From NCBI GenBank assembly GCA_047967505.1, contig CM106538.1: DNA of 64,000 nucleotides; one strand, written 5' to 3'. Position numbers and translations under genes: made by a program. This document shows, one piece after another, positions 23,353 through 35,013 of the stretch. Position 1 is the first letter of the stretch. Every line of letters begins with the position of its first letter. Under the pieces are notes generated by a model. The model was not told the origin of the DNA, searched no databases, and was given only the letters and a program-made list of their open reading frames with translations. The stretch comes from Dipteris shenzhenensis. Taxonomy: Eukaryota.

Positions 23353-26345
23353 TTCTAAATTCTTTGGAAGAGCAGCCTTTATCTGTAAAGGCTCTTTGTC
23401 TTGCTCTAGTCTCCCATTTAGCCAGTTTCCTGTGATCATTTAGTTTAAGACAATGTCTAGCCTGGCATAGTGTTGTTTGCTCATGCATGGACAACGAACG
23501 AAGATAGCTGAGTTCAGTGAGGTCTTGACAAGTGAATTTGGCCTGAGCAATGGTTTCCCTCAGAGTCTTCATGTAAGACTTGCCATAAGCTCTAATCACA
23601 ACTTGCATTTTGGAAACAAAAGAATCCCAGGCATCACAATATGAATATGGTTGCGAGAAGACAGAGAATGAGATGCTTCAGTAACCATGGCCTTGAAAGC
23701 AGCCTGTTGCAAATAGCTATTGTTTACGATCAGATGTCACCTTTGTGGCAATCTCTCATTTGACATAGCATGAAAGGATAGCTGCAACCATAGAGGTGCA
23801 TGATCTGAATGCACTAAGGCATAGTCAATCCACATTTTGCATGTAAAATCCCCATTTTGTTGTGGAGCTACACTATACCATCGATCCAGACGTGCCTGAT
23901 AAGAAGAAATGGCATTATGTTGGAAGGTGTATCCAGGTGACAAAGGCTGCAATTCCTTCCAAAGGTCAACCAAATCCAGATGCATCAGTAATTGGGACCA
24001 TGCATGCCTTTCAGGAGTTAACATATGATCATGTCTGGAGGTATTGTCACCCTGTTGTGGAGCATTATTGAAATCCCCACATATGAAGGCATGATATCTC
24101 CATGGATATTGTTGCATGGCATCCCAAATTGCAGTTCTTTCTCTAGAGGATTGAGGTGCATAAATAGAAGCAAATTCAAACACCTCTCCTCGAATAATGC
24201 ATTGAAGAACAAGCCATCTGCCCTTGTTGTCATTTAAAGCAATAACTGGTTGAAGCTCATGTTTGATCAAAAGGACTACCCCTGAGAAAGAGTGCTCCCC
24301 AGCATAGAAAATATCATAACCACAGTAGTGTCCTGTCTTTCTTGCATAGACGTGTTGGTTGTGTTCTTGTAATGCCACTATGTAAGGCTGAAATCTATTG
24401 ATGTACAGCCACACAGATTTCCATTTCCTATTGTCACACAGCCCCTGGACATTGAGTGTAAAACATTTGATATCAGCAGTCATATTTACAGATATTTATA
24501 GTAATATAACAACTATGTACAGCAGCAAAATTCATGATGTCAGCCCTGCATTTCTATCTCAGGGTCAAGGCCTCTCCCCTCAGAAGAAGTAGCCACCTGA
24601 GGAGTAGACAGCAAAGCAGCAACCTCTTCTTCAGGGAAGAGTGTTCTGCTAGCTGTCACTGCAGGCCATGTGATCCCAATTCCTGTATTGACCTCTGGGG
24701 TGTTTCCACTAGAAGACGCACCATTCCAAGTGCGAGGGGGTGGAAGTCTTTGAGCAGAAATAACTTTTCTTGGACTTTGCCATCCATCAGTTGGAGGTTT
24801 GTGTCCTTTTGTCGAGGGTTGAATAGCAGGAGGTGAATGTGAAAAAACATTCCCATTTGAAACCACTAGAGCTTTGCCTTTATCCTGATTTCCAGAAAAC
24901 TATCTACTATCTTTGTTTTTATTTGCAATGGAGGTAGGAGCATCCTTAGTAGGCATTTGAACCGACAAAGTGGCAGGAGGCATTTTATGCTGATTCATTG
25001 GACACTGTGAAGCCATGTGTCCAAATTTTTTGCACTCAAAACAAGCCCCTGCAAATAATCCCCATTTCAGTTTATAAAAAGCACTTCCCATGTCCACATT
25101 ATTCACCGTGACTGAATAAGAGTCCGGTGTGGGATTTTTAGTATCCCAGAGAATGCAAAATCGATTCGAGTTGCCATTAGGCCGTGGTGGGCAGACCACT
25201 TTGCCTAAAGATGCTGCAATTTTAGGCAAGAGTGAGGCCATGCATTGTGAGAAGTCTACAACTTCAACCCAGACCGGGCATCTGTGTCGGATTAAAGCGT
25301 GAAAATCTCTTGTGGGAGACCATGGCAATACATGCACCATTTGCTGCCCAAAATAGAGAGGCGAATGTTCCAAAAGCATTTGTCTGTGTATCTCATCCAC
25401 CGTGATAACCTCAAAAAACCCCCTGGCTGCATAGTGTACTTTGCAAACAAATGAGCCAGCCACTGTGCGAGTCAACCAGTTGCCTATCTTTGTGGCAGGT
25501 GGCATCTGGCCTGGAAAAAATAATATGACTGTAGTTTTAGCATATTCTTTGACTGGATCCACAATTTCATCTACTTCAACCATGAGGCCAACTGAAGGAA
25601 CCAAGTCTTTCCACTCTTTCCTTGTGTCTGCAAATCCTTCATGCATGACATCATAGACCAGTTGGGCCTCAAGAGTATCATGTACCGGGTCATGCTGACC
25701 CTCAGCTTGCTTTTGCTTCTTGCAATGAACCGAACGCTCCTTTTGAAACGTTTTTTCATAGGAATATTTAGCCATAGCTTTGTAAAAAGTGGAACTCAGA
25801 AAGGAGGTACTTGTAAAAGGGTAGTGGAGTAAAAAAACCAGTCCCAAAAAAATGCCCACAGGAAGCCCACAAAGAAGAGAAAAAGAGTATATTTGTAAAG
25901 AGATAGAAGGGAAAGAGGGATGTAGAGGTCGAGAGAAGATAATAACAGTTTTGTAGAGGAAGAAGAGAGAAAAACCAGTAAAAAAACCCAGATGAACTAT
26001 ATTTCAGAGGAAAAAGGAAGATTTTGGCGATGGGAAAGGTGCAGCAGACCCAAAGACTGAAGAGGAGAAAAAACAGGAGCAAAAGCCTTCAAAATCAGCA
26101 CGTGGATGTAGTCCGGAAGCAAAACCCTGCGTGGAAACGATCCAGGAACCGGAGATGGACTGGGAGCAGCAAAACTGTAGCAAGCGGAAATGTCCGTACA
26201 GGCCGTACACCTGTACGGAATCCGTACGGAGCTCGGACGGGCTGTACGGCTGGTGATAAATGCTCCAGATCACTGGTTTTTGGGCTCTGATGCAGCGCAG
26301 CTGGGAGCTGAGGCTCACGGGCTGGTTGCTTGAGGCTCTAGAGCT
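23353..26345 (-). mobile_element. LINE family B 5' portion: leader, ORF1 and APE endonuclease; RT missing
   Basis: ORF1 at 24540-25859 has RGFFEV, VLPWSP and CFECKKFGHMASQCP, with a premature stop at 24900. The EN at 23737-24483 has TLNVQGL, LQEH, IYAP, GDFN, RLDRW and SDHAP. The EN is homologous to 29761-30525. The 5' end abuts CT/CA repeats. Confidence 0.9.
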
Positions 26346-26442
26346 CACACACCTCTCTCTCTCTCTCACACACCACCTCTCTCTCACGCACCTCCCAAAC
26401 ACATACACACACACACACACACACACACTCTCTCTCTCTCTC
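26346..26442. repeat. CT/CA compound microsatellite
   Basis: Read directly from the sequence. Confidence 0.9.
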
Positions 26443-26575
26443 AAGTACCAAGTGCATATGGGATATCCCAAAGTGACACGTGGCACTCACACATGACTCA
26501 CACATGAACTACTACAAGATCTCCTAGTACAACTCACCAACCAAACCACACAGACACACATACACACACACACAC

Positions 26576-27390
26576 TTTTTTTTTTTTGGTAATATCCAGT
26601 GCAATATATTTATATGCTCATAAATTTACATGATGGGAGGTCTCCGAAATGGAGAGTATCTTAAAGAACAGAAACATAAAAAGAAAAGCTCTATGCAAGA
26701 AGCATCCATATCACCCTCATGGCAGGCATCATATAAGGATTGCTGCAATGAGGCTCGGAAAGATTCATATGACTTGTGAATCTGCCGACCCAAGTATGCC
26801 AAATTATGCTCACTCCAGATTGTCCAAAGAGCCCAATATCTCACCCAAGAGAGAAATAGTGAGTATTGAGACAAAGACCTCATAAATCTGCCAAAGAGCC
26901 AGAAATGTTTCCCAAATCTGTGACTCGGGAAACGGAGCCGAAGATAATCTGAAATTCTCCTGAGGAGGATCCTAGAACATGGGCAGTGCCAAAGCAAATG
27001 AAGAACAGTCTCTGAAGGAGCCTGACATCTTAAACATGTGGATGGTGCAATGCGACGTTTAGCAAGTGTGACCCCCACTGACAATGTCCTTGTCATACAT
27101 CTCCAAAGAAAAAGTCTTTGTTTCAATGGCATTTTACACTTCCATAACATCCCGAGATTCTTCCGCCACCATGAGAGGGGCTTCCTTATATGCCACGGGG
27201 AATTAGCATATTGTTGAATCCATGGAGCAGGTTGAAGAAGCCTGTAGGCTTTGATGGAGGTTAAGGCAGGAAGAGGAACAGGATGAGTGCATGTAGCAGA
27301 GGGTTGCAATTGCCAATCCGTAAGCCTGTCTGTGTTAGCCATTGGAGGAACAGGTAAAAAAGAATGTAATAAATCAGCAATTTTCTTCCA
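26576..27390 (-). mobile_element. 5'-truncated LINE family B 3' end
   Basis: T-run at 26576-26587 after (CA)n. zf-RVT ORF at 26626-27342. Highly similar but not identical to 27398-28210. Confidence 0.92.
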
Positions 27391-27397
27391 TACACAC

Positions 27398-30300
27398 TTT
27401 TTTTTTTTGGGTAATATCTAGTGCATATATTTATATGATCATAAATTTACATGATGGGAGGTCTTTAAAATGGAGAGTATCCCAAAGTTCAGAAGCATAA
27501 AAAGAAAAGCTGTATGCAAGAAGCATCCATATCACCCTCATGGCAGGCATCATACAAGGATTGCCACAATGAGGCTCGGAAAGATTCATATGACTTGTGA
27601 ATCTGCCGACCCAAGTATGCCAAATTATGCTCACTCCAGATTGTCCAAAGAGCCCAATATCGCACCCAAGAGAGAAATAGTGAGTATTGAGACAAAGACT
27701 TCATAAATCTGCCAAAGAGCCAGAAATGTTTCCCAAATCTATGACTCGGGAAACGGATCCGAAGATAATCTGAAATTGTCCTGAGGAGGATCTTAGTACA
27801 CGGGCAGTGCCAAAGCAAATGAATAACAGTCTCTGAAGGAGCCTGACATCTTAAACATGTGGATGATGCAATGCGACGTTTAGCAAGTGTGACCTCCACT
27901 GACAATGTACCTGTCATACATCTCCAAAGAAAAAGTCTTTGTTTCAATGGCATTTTACACTTCCATAACATCGTGAGATTCTTCCGCCACCATGAGAGGG
28001 GCTTCCTTATATGCCACAAAGAAATAGCATATTGCTGAATCCATGGAGCAGGGTGAAGAAGCCTATAGGCTTTGATGGAGGTTAAGGTAGGAAGAGGAAC
28101 AGGATGAGTGCATGTAGCAGAGGGTTGCAATTGCCAATCCGTAAGCCTGTCAGTGTCAGCCACAGGAGGAATAGGTAGAAAAGGATGTAATAAATCAGCA
28201 ATTTTCTTCCATATAGACATATGATGCATTCCCAATGCATAGGAAGCAGTGGCTTGAGGAAAAGATAAGACATATCCCCGATCATCTACCACATCATGTA
28301 TGTATCTAATTCCCAATTTCATGAGATTGTAGGCCTGAACAGGTTCCTGTAAAGCTAGCGGAATTGCAAAAATGGCACTCCAATGAATACTTTCTTTCCT
28401 CATTGAGTTTGTCCCCGAGCAACTATCAGGAGCCCATGTGACCTCAGAAAGTACTTGTTTCCAGTCAAGTATCAGAGCAGTAGAGAAAGGACAGCTAGGT
28501 ATCTCCCCTACAAATCTGCCAATGACAACCTCCCAATGATCAATAGTCCAATGACCATAAGCACAAGTCCTCATGTTGACACACATGGATGCTAGCATAC
28601 AAGTCCATGGCTGTTGTTGGCGGAAAAAAGTATGCAGCATAGTCGCCTTCCTTGCAAGCACATGATATCTTATATTGAGGACATTAAGTCCACCATGCAT
28701 CCTAGGAGAGCATACCATTTCCATCTTCATCAGTCTCAATGCTTTCACAGCAGTTTTTGCCCTCCATAACATCTCCATAGCTTGAGACATGAAGGCGGAA
28801 ATATCCCTGGAGGACCAATGTATCAAAGGCAAATAGAACTGGACATAGGACATTACAATGGACTGTACTATTCTGAGCCTGACATGAAGAGGCAAAGTAG
28901 AAATCGTCCAGTATTATAGTTTATGTTGAAGCCTTTGGAAGATCCATTTTAGCTGTTGCTTCCTGGTGATATGCCATCCTATGGGATATCCCAAATGCCT
29001 GACTACATCTTTGGAATGCACCACCTGACCTAGCCAAAGAATAGAATGCCAATCACATTGTGTCAGGGGAAGTAATTTAGATTTGTCAAAATTGACATGC
29101 AATCCATCTGCCAAACCATACAATGAAAGAGTGGTCATAAGCATGTGAACTTCCCGGGGAGAATTCTTTGGCATAAAGAAGGAATCATCAGCATATGCTT
29201 GTGCCAAAAAAGATGCAGCCCCAGGGATTTTAAGACCAGTCATCTGTCCTGTGTTTGTAAGATGATCAAGATACATCAAAAGGGGATGAGTCGCAATGGC
29301 ATAGAAGAGAGCACTAAGAGGGCAGCCCTGCCTAACTGATCGACCCAATGTCCATGACTGAGACAGATGACACCCAAGAATGCACTGAGAAGTAGAGTTA
29401 GAATAAAGCCAGTAAATTGCATTTGCTATCTTGGGACCAAAGCCTAACTTTGTCATGATTTGAGAGATAAAATCCCATTGAACAGTATCAAATGCCTTAG
29501 CAATATCCACCTGCAATATAAGGACATCTTGATGCAAATACTTAGCATATTCAATTGCAGTCAAGGCATTGGAAATATTATCATGGATTTGTCTTCGCGG
29601 CACAAATCCATACTGATGAGGATGAAGTCCCGCATCCAGTATCCTGTGAAGCCTATGCACAATCATTTTGGTAATGAGTTTGTAAACTACAGGCATCAAA
29701 GTAATAGGCCTCCAATCTGACATATTGTCACATAGATGTTTTTAGACATGAGTTTTTCTTTCAAGTAGCATGCAGACCCTGGAAAAAGGCTTTTGATGAG
29801 CAGCCCTTATCCATGAGGGGCTTCATTCTTGCCCTAATCTGCCATTTGTGCAATTTCCTTTGATCATTAACAGTCAATTTAATCCGAGCATGTGAAAGGG
29901 AATCATTTTCTGATTCAGAGAGAGGCCTTAAATGTGAAAATTCAGTCAATTGTTGTGCTGTCCTTTTTGCCCATTTAACCTCATTCCTCCATTTAGTCAT
30001 ATGCCAGTTTCCATACTCCCTAATGACATTCTGTATACGAGAGACAAAACTGTCCCAGGCATAATCCATGTCCTCCTGGGCATGCAAAGGCAAGGGATGA
30101 ATTGCAAGTCTTATCATTTGCTGGAAATAGTGATGTCGGAAATAAACCTGATTAACATGCAATAATCTACTGGAAAGGGGTGGCAAATCATCCAGTGGCA
30201 TACCAAGGTGCAAATTCATCCATAATGGGGCATGATCTGACAAGCCCAATGAGAAATCTATAAGGAGATGAGGGCTAAAATCTGCATATTGTTGTGGGTA

Positions 30301-30525
30301 AAACAAATACCATCTGTGAAGCCTTGCCCATTGTGTAGTAAGTGCATTATGATGAAAAGTATATCCAGGCACTGATCCTTGGAGAAGCAGCCATAAATCT
30401 TCAGCCTGCACAGAAAGAAGCATGCTATCCCATTTCTGCCTTTCCAATAATAGCATATGAGATCTTGAAGTGGTGTTATCTCTTGGCAGAGGGGAATTAT
30501 CAAAATCTCCACAGATGAATGCACA
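27398..30525 (-). mobile_element. 5'-truncated LINE family B ORF2 (partial EN, RT, zf-RVT) with poly(A)
   Basis: Motifs GDFDN, SDHAP, WRPITL, DIAKAFDTV, RQGCPLS, YADD and GGLNVL. An internal deletion lies near 29725-29760. T-run at 27398-27408. The 5' junction falls in (CA)n. Confidence 0.93.
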
Positions 30526-30726
30526 CTTACACACACACACACACATATACATATATATAAATATAGATATACAATATACATATACATACACATACAAATA
30601 CACATATACATGTACATGTACATACATTGATGTATGCATGTATGCATGCATGTATGTATGTATGTATGTATGTATGTATGCATGTATGTATATATGTATA
30701 ATGCATATGTAAACTGATGGAGTCTC

Positions 30727-30763
<37 letters not shown>

Positions 30764-31046
30764 TGAGCAAGCGAGGAGAGGTGGATGTAGAGGGTGGAAT
30801 GCAGGGTGGAGCAGGGGGTCCAGAAGGGTTCAGCGAGAGGCTGTATGCCATCTGTACAATGGTGCAAGTACACACACATATATACATATATATAAGTATA
30901 GATATACATATACATACACATACAAATACACATATACATGTACATGTACATACATGTATGCATGCATGCATGCATGTATGTATGTATGTATGTATGTATG
31001 CATGTATGTATATATGTATAATACATATGTAAACTGATGGAGTCTC

Positions 31047-31085
<39 letters not shown>

Positions 31086-31190
31086 TGAGCGAGCGAGGAG
31101 AGGTGGATGTAGAGGGTGGAATGCAGGGTGGAGCAGGGGGTCCAGAAGGGGTCAGCGAGAGGCTGTATGCCATTTGTACAATGGTGCAAG
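30526..31190. repeat. ~320-bp tandem duplication of a TA/CA/TATG/(GA)n microsatellite cassette
   Basis: Units ~30530-30868 and ~30870-31190 share aactgatggagtctcat(ga)n...gtacaatggtgcaagt. Confidence 0.88.
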
Positions 31191-32067
31191 TCTTCACACG
31201 CAGTACAGACAGTGGGGCTGGAAGGGGGTGGGATGGGGCACTGATGAGGCAAGAAGGGGTGGGAAACAGGGATCAATTGTGTCAAAGCAGGGGGGGGGGA
31301 CCTGAGGGCTGAAAGAATGTGAAATGGGCTGAAGGAGGCAGAGGTAGAGGTAGGCTGAAGGGGAGGCAGACTAGGGAAACAGTGAGGGAGAGTTGGGTTG
31401 GAGACAAGGGATGGAAGGAGGGAGGAGCATGTTCAGGAGCTGGGGAGCTCAAGATCCTTCATCAAAACCCAAAATCCCTTTTATAAGACCCTGTTGGGAA
31501 GCTAAATTCGAATTCTAGCTTTAGTAGCTGCATGTCTTAAGAATGCTTAGCAAGATCTTGAATGAAAACAAAGCATGGAACATTTTACGTGCACTTTGCT
31601 CCTGAAGAGAGTAAGCTATCAAACCTAATAGCAGGTTCCATTCATTGTCTGGAGTCCATCTTACCACGCGGCCTAAAACATGTTTGCTCAATGGCTTGAA
31701 TTGGGATTTCCTTATTAGTAGTAGGAGAAAGGGTGGCATGCCATCTGACCATGAAGTCTACGTTCAAGATGAGAGGGCCCACTATGTCAGATTATTTTGA
31801 CTATTCCAATCGGACCATGATTTTGCTACTTCCGACAATCTAGGTGTGCTTAACTTGTAGTCTGAGACTTTAGAAAAGTGTCCAAGGTGTCTTTTGGTTA
31901 TGTGAAAATTTTACTAAACCCTCTTATCGTCGCAGATCTCAATTTATTGAGCGTGTTAATATGGAAAAAAAAATTAAGGTATAAGACTTTTTGCTGGGTC
32001 CACAATGTTTTTGTTATGTGCCCAAAATCTACTTAATGTTTTGGACCATTCACGTGTCTGTATGCAG

Positions 32068-32180
32068 GTTAACCTTGGAATGGTTATAAAGGATAACACT
32101 ACTGAGTTTTCCGTACTGGTAGACCATGCTGTAGGTGGCTCAAGCATTGGAAGTGGACAGTTGGAGCTCATGCTACACAG
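32068..32180 (+). CDS. Alpha-mannosidase (GH38) internal exon, VNLGMVIKDNTTEFSVLVDHAVGGSSIGSGQLELMLH(R)
   Basis: Acceptor tatgcag| and donor |gt. The exon is 113 nt, phase 0-2. It continues directly from NYYP and has the conserved 'SVLVD.A.GGSS...GQ.ELMLHR' motif. Confidence 0.93.
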
Positions 32181-32292
32181 GTCGATTATGCAACATATCC
32201 TATTGTCAATGTATAATAAGTTCAAATCGCAGGAACTTGGGTTTGCCCCTGTACAATATGGACATCAAAAGATTCATGTATATATGTAACAG

Positions 32293-32377
32293 GCGTTTGC
32301 TGAACGATGATGGGAGGGGAGTGGGTGAAGCTTTGGATGAGGCTGTTTGTTTGGGCAGTAACTGCGAAGGCTTGACT
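32293..32377 (+). CDS. Alpha-mannosidase (GH38) internal exon, (R)RLLNDDGRGVGEALDEAVCLGSNCEGLT
   Basis: Acceptor taacag| and donor |gtaaga. The exon is 85 nt, phase 2-0. It follows a 112-bp intron and has the conserved 'RRLL.DD.RGVGE.L.E' motif. Confidence 0.93.
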
Positions 32378-33029
32378 GTAAGACACTTTTGATACTGTCT
32401 TAAAAAATATTTACTTGAAAATCAGTGGGAAAGAAAGTCAAGATGTCTACATATATGTACTTAAACGATCGTGTGCTGTAGTAGGCCAGATTCACAAACC
32501 GAGACCACCTGCATTATTCCTTGAAGGATGGGTTCGCAGCTTTTGGTCTCCCAAGGTCTAGTAGTCACGACCATCCGTTTCTTAGAAATGGTTGTATTGT
32601 GTTCATTTTTGAAAAGTGTGAGATGGTTACAGAAGTGGTCCACAAAGGAACCTGGACGATTAGGAATCAACCACTATCAGCTCAGCTGTGTGAACCTTCT
32701 TTTAGTCCATACTGTCCTCCTCCGTCCAAAGCCCCTATCTGGGTGAGTTCCCTGACCTTCCGCTTTTTCTTTTTCCTTAAATTGAGACCCTTTGTTCTCC
32801 GCTGGGCCAATTCCTTGGAGTAGAAACAGAGAAGTTTATCAACCCGAGAGGCAACCCCCAAGCTTGTGTCCTGATGTAATTCAAAAGGACATCTCTTGTG
32901 CCCCTGGCCTTGTCCTTTTTTTTTTTTTTTTTTCATGAAAAAGACTTCTATTAAGTAAGAACAAAAACCCGCGAGAGCAAGCTCAAAGCGGAATACATCA
33001 TGAAATCATGAGGATAATAAAAAACCCCC

Positions 33030-34208
33030 TCAGAGTGAGGTGGAAAGAAACCAAGGCTGAGGCTGAAAGTGCCATCTCAACCCTGTAGTAGATTCAGAGA
33101 AGAAAGGAGAATCCTTCCATTCCCTGAAGAAAGAAGCCCTCCTAGCTGAGGCTGCACGGGAGTCCCCCTGCATACCCGTCCATACGGCCATCAGAGTGTG
33201 TACGATGTCTGTCCAGATACTAGCCAATGTGTGCGAGGGATGAACCTGAGTACCCTCCATAGCCTCTGTGCATCTGGATCTCCAGATATGCCAGGCTGCT
33301 ATGCTCGCTATAATCTCCCAAGAAGTATCCACAGAGGCATGTACAGCTGTAAAAGGACGGTGTGGAACCACATCCAACGAGCAGAGCTCAACCCGATGAT
33401 GTCGAACCGAAATGGCCCGGGAGGAGTCAAGTCCCTCATAGAAAACCTGAGGTCCTGTAAGAGAAAGCCAAGCCACCGAGCCCCAAGTCATAAAGAGTGG
33501 GGAATGGGCAAAGTGACTGAAGATCCTAGCTATCCCCATCCAAATCAATCTCGCCTGTCTGCAATCCCATAAGCAATGCTGAATAGACTCCGAAGTAGAA
33601 AGGCAACGAGGGCAAGTAGGGTCGGCTCCGAATCTGGACCTCCAAAGGTTCACTGCAATCCCTCCATGAATAGAAAGCCAAAAGAAGATAGTGATCTTTC
33701 TATTCCTGTGGGATTTCCAGAGCCTCCTCCAGAAGTACCTCTGCTGATCCGCAATAATACCAAAAGTCTCCCAATGAGGAACTCTGGAGGGTCTCCAGCC
33801 TCTACTACTGAGCTGAAATCTCCTGGCATTACTGACCGTGTAACGAAAGAAGGGGATGGTCTTCTCTCGATGCCCCGCGTCAATCCACTCCCACTCTCCG
33901 GGGTCCCACTGTAAATACTTGATGGGAACTCCTCCATAGAGCCAAAGTCTCCAAGACCCGGTGGAGAGTAACTGGGGGTCAGGGTCTAAGAACCACTCTG
34001 AATCTGATCCCTGCATCAAAAGGCCTACGACCCTGATAGGCTGAAAAGCAGACTCAAGCAATATATCATCTGTAGATCTGAGCAATCTGCCACCATCCTG
34101 GACACTGAAAACCAAAGCATCCTCTTGTGCACCTCGGAAGGCTAAGACCTGAAGTGGAACCCCGCCTCTCGAGAAAGTACCTGCCCAAGTGGAGGTAGTG
34201 AGAGGCAT
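33030..34208 (-). CDS. LINE A ORF2 C-terminal part (zf-RVT)
   Basis: Open 392-aa frame with FWRRLW..IFFWL, CPRCLSTSESIQHCLWDC and WHIWRSRC. It ends just before the 3' UTR and poly(A). Confidence 0.88.
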   Translation of the reverse strand: MPLTTSTWAGTFSRGGVPLQVLAFRGAQEDALVFSVQDGGRLLRSTDDILLESAFQPIRVVGLLMQGSDSEWFLDPDPQLLSTGSWRLWLYGGVPIKYLQWDPGEWEWIDAGHREKTIPFFRYTVSNARRFQLSSRGWRPSRVPHWETFGIIADQQRYFWRRLWKSHRNRKITIFFWLSIHGGIAVNLWRSRFGADPTCPRCLSTSESIQHCLWDCRQARLIWMGIARIFSHFAHSPLFMTWGSVAWLSLTGPQVFYEGLDSSRAISVRHHRVELCSLDVVPHRPFTAVHASVDTSWEIIASIAAWHIWRSRCTEAMEGTQVHPSHTLASIWTDIVHTLMAVWTGMQGDSRAASARRASFFREWKDSPFFSESTTGLRWHFQPQPWFLSTSL

Positions 34209-34299
34209 ATCATCTGTGTCGCCCCACCACTTGCACGTTGTTCACCAGAGGGGGAGTCAAGGACGTGACATTGAAACTGCACAGTGGCACTTTGAGCCT

Positions 34300-34960
34300 G
34301 AGCTGCTGCTCCTCCCCGTTCCCCTGCTGCTCCCCCTCCCTCAGCCCGTCTCTCTCCCCCCTCAGCCTGTCCCTAGCCCCTCCCTGCTGCTCCCCCCCCT
34401 CCCCCCCTGCTGCTCCGCCCCCTCCCCCTGCCTGTCCCTCGCTCCCTCCCTCTGTTCCCTGCTTCCGCCCCCTCCCCCCTGCTGTCCCGCCCCCTCTCCC
34501 TGCCTCCGTCCCCTCCCCCCTGCTGCTCCGCCCCCTCTCCCTGCCTCCGCCCCTCCCCCCTGCTGCTCCCCCCTGCCCCCTGCTGTCCCGCTCCCTCTCC
34601 CTGCCCCCGTCCCCTCCCCCCTGCTGCTCCGCCCCCTCTCCCTGCCTCCGCCCCCTCCCCCCTACTGCTCCCCCTCTCCCCCTGCCTCCGCCCCTTCCCC
34701 CCTGCTGCTCTGCTCCCTGCCTCCGCCCCCTCCCCCTTGCTGTCCCGCCCCCTCCCTTGCTGTCCCGCCCCCTCCCTGCTTGCTCTCCCGCCCCCTCTCT
34801 TCCTCTCACTCCTCCCTTTCTTCTCCTCTCCTTTCCCCTCCCTCCCTCTCAGCTTGCCCCTCTCCCCTCTCAGCCCCAGCCCCTCTCCTCCTTCCCTCCC
34901 CTTCCCCCCTGCTTCCTCCTAGCCTCCTTTCCCCTCCCTTGCCCCTCGCAGCTTTTTTGG
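34300..34960 (+). repeat. C-rich degenerate tandem repeat (CCCCCTGCTGCT-like) forming the LINE A leader
   Basis: Almost devoid of A. A homologous tract lies at 22770-23350 on the opposite strand. Confidence 0.9.
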
Positions 34961-35013
34961 AACGGAAGGAGCTTTTTTTTCTCTTCGAGTCGGCCTCCTC
35001 ACCTTGATTGGCG

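Larger units (their letters stand above)
16035..32067 (+). other. ~16-kb TE-filled intron of the alpha-mannosidase gene
   Basis: GT...AG boundaries join NYYP to VNLG in frame with no missing residues. The interior is Gypsy and LINE sequence. Confidence 0.85.

Noticed and set aside
22691-23608. Long Pro/Ala/Leu-rich and Gly-rich ORFs (also 34189-35110)
   Set aside because: These are by-products of the stop-poor C-rich LINE leader repeat, which is open in several frames.
30258-31312. ORFs rich in Y/I/H/T/M/C and ER repeats
   Set aside because: They are translations of microsatellites.
32005-32392. ORF-track proteins of 94 and 85 aa as standalone genes
   Set aside because: Each is an alpha-mannosidase exon read through into intron sequence.
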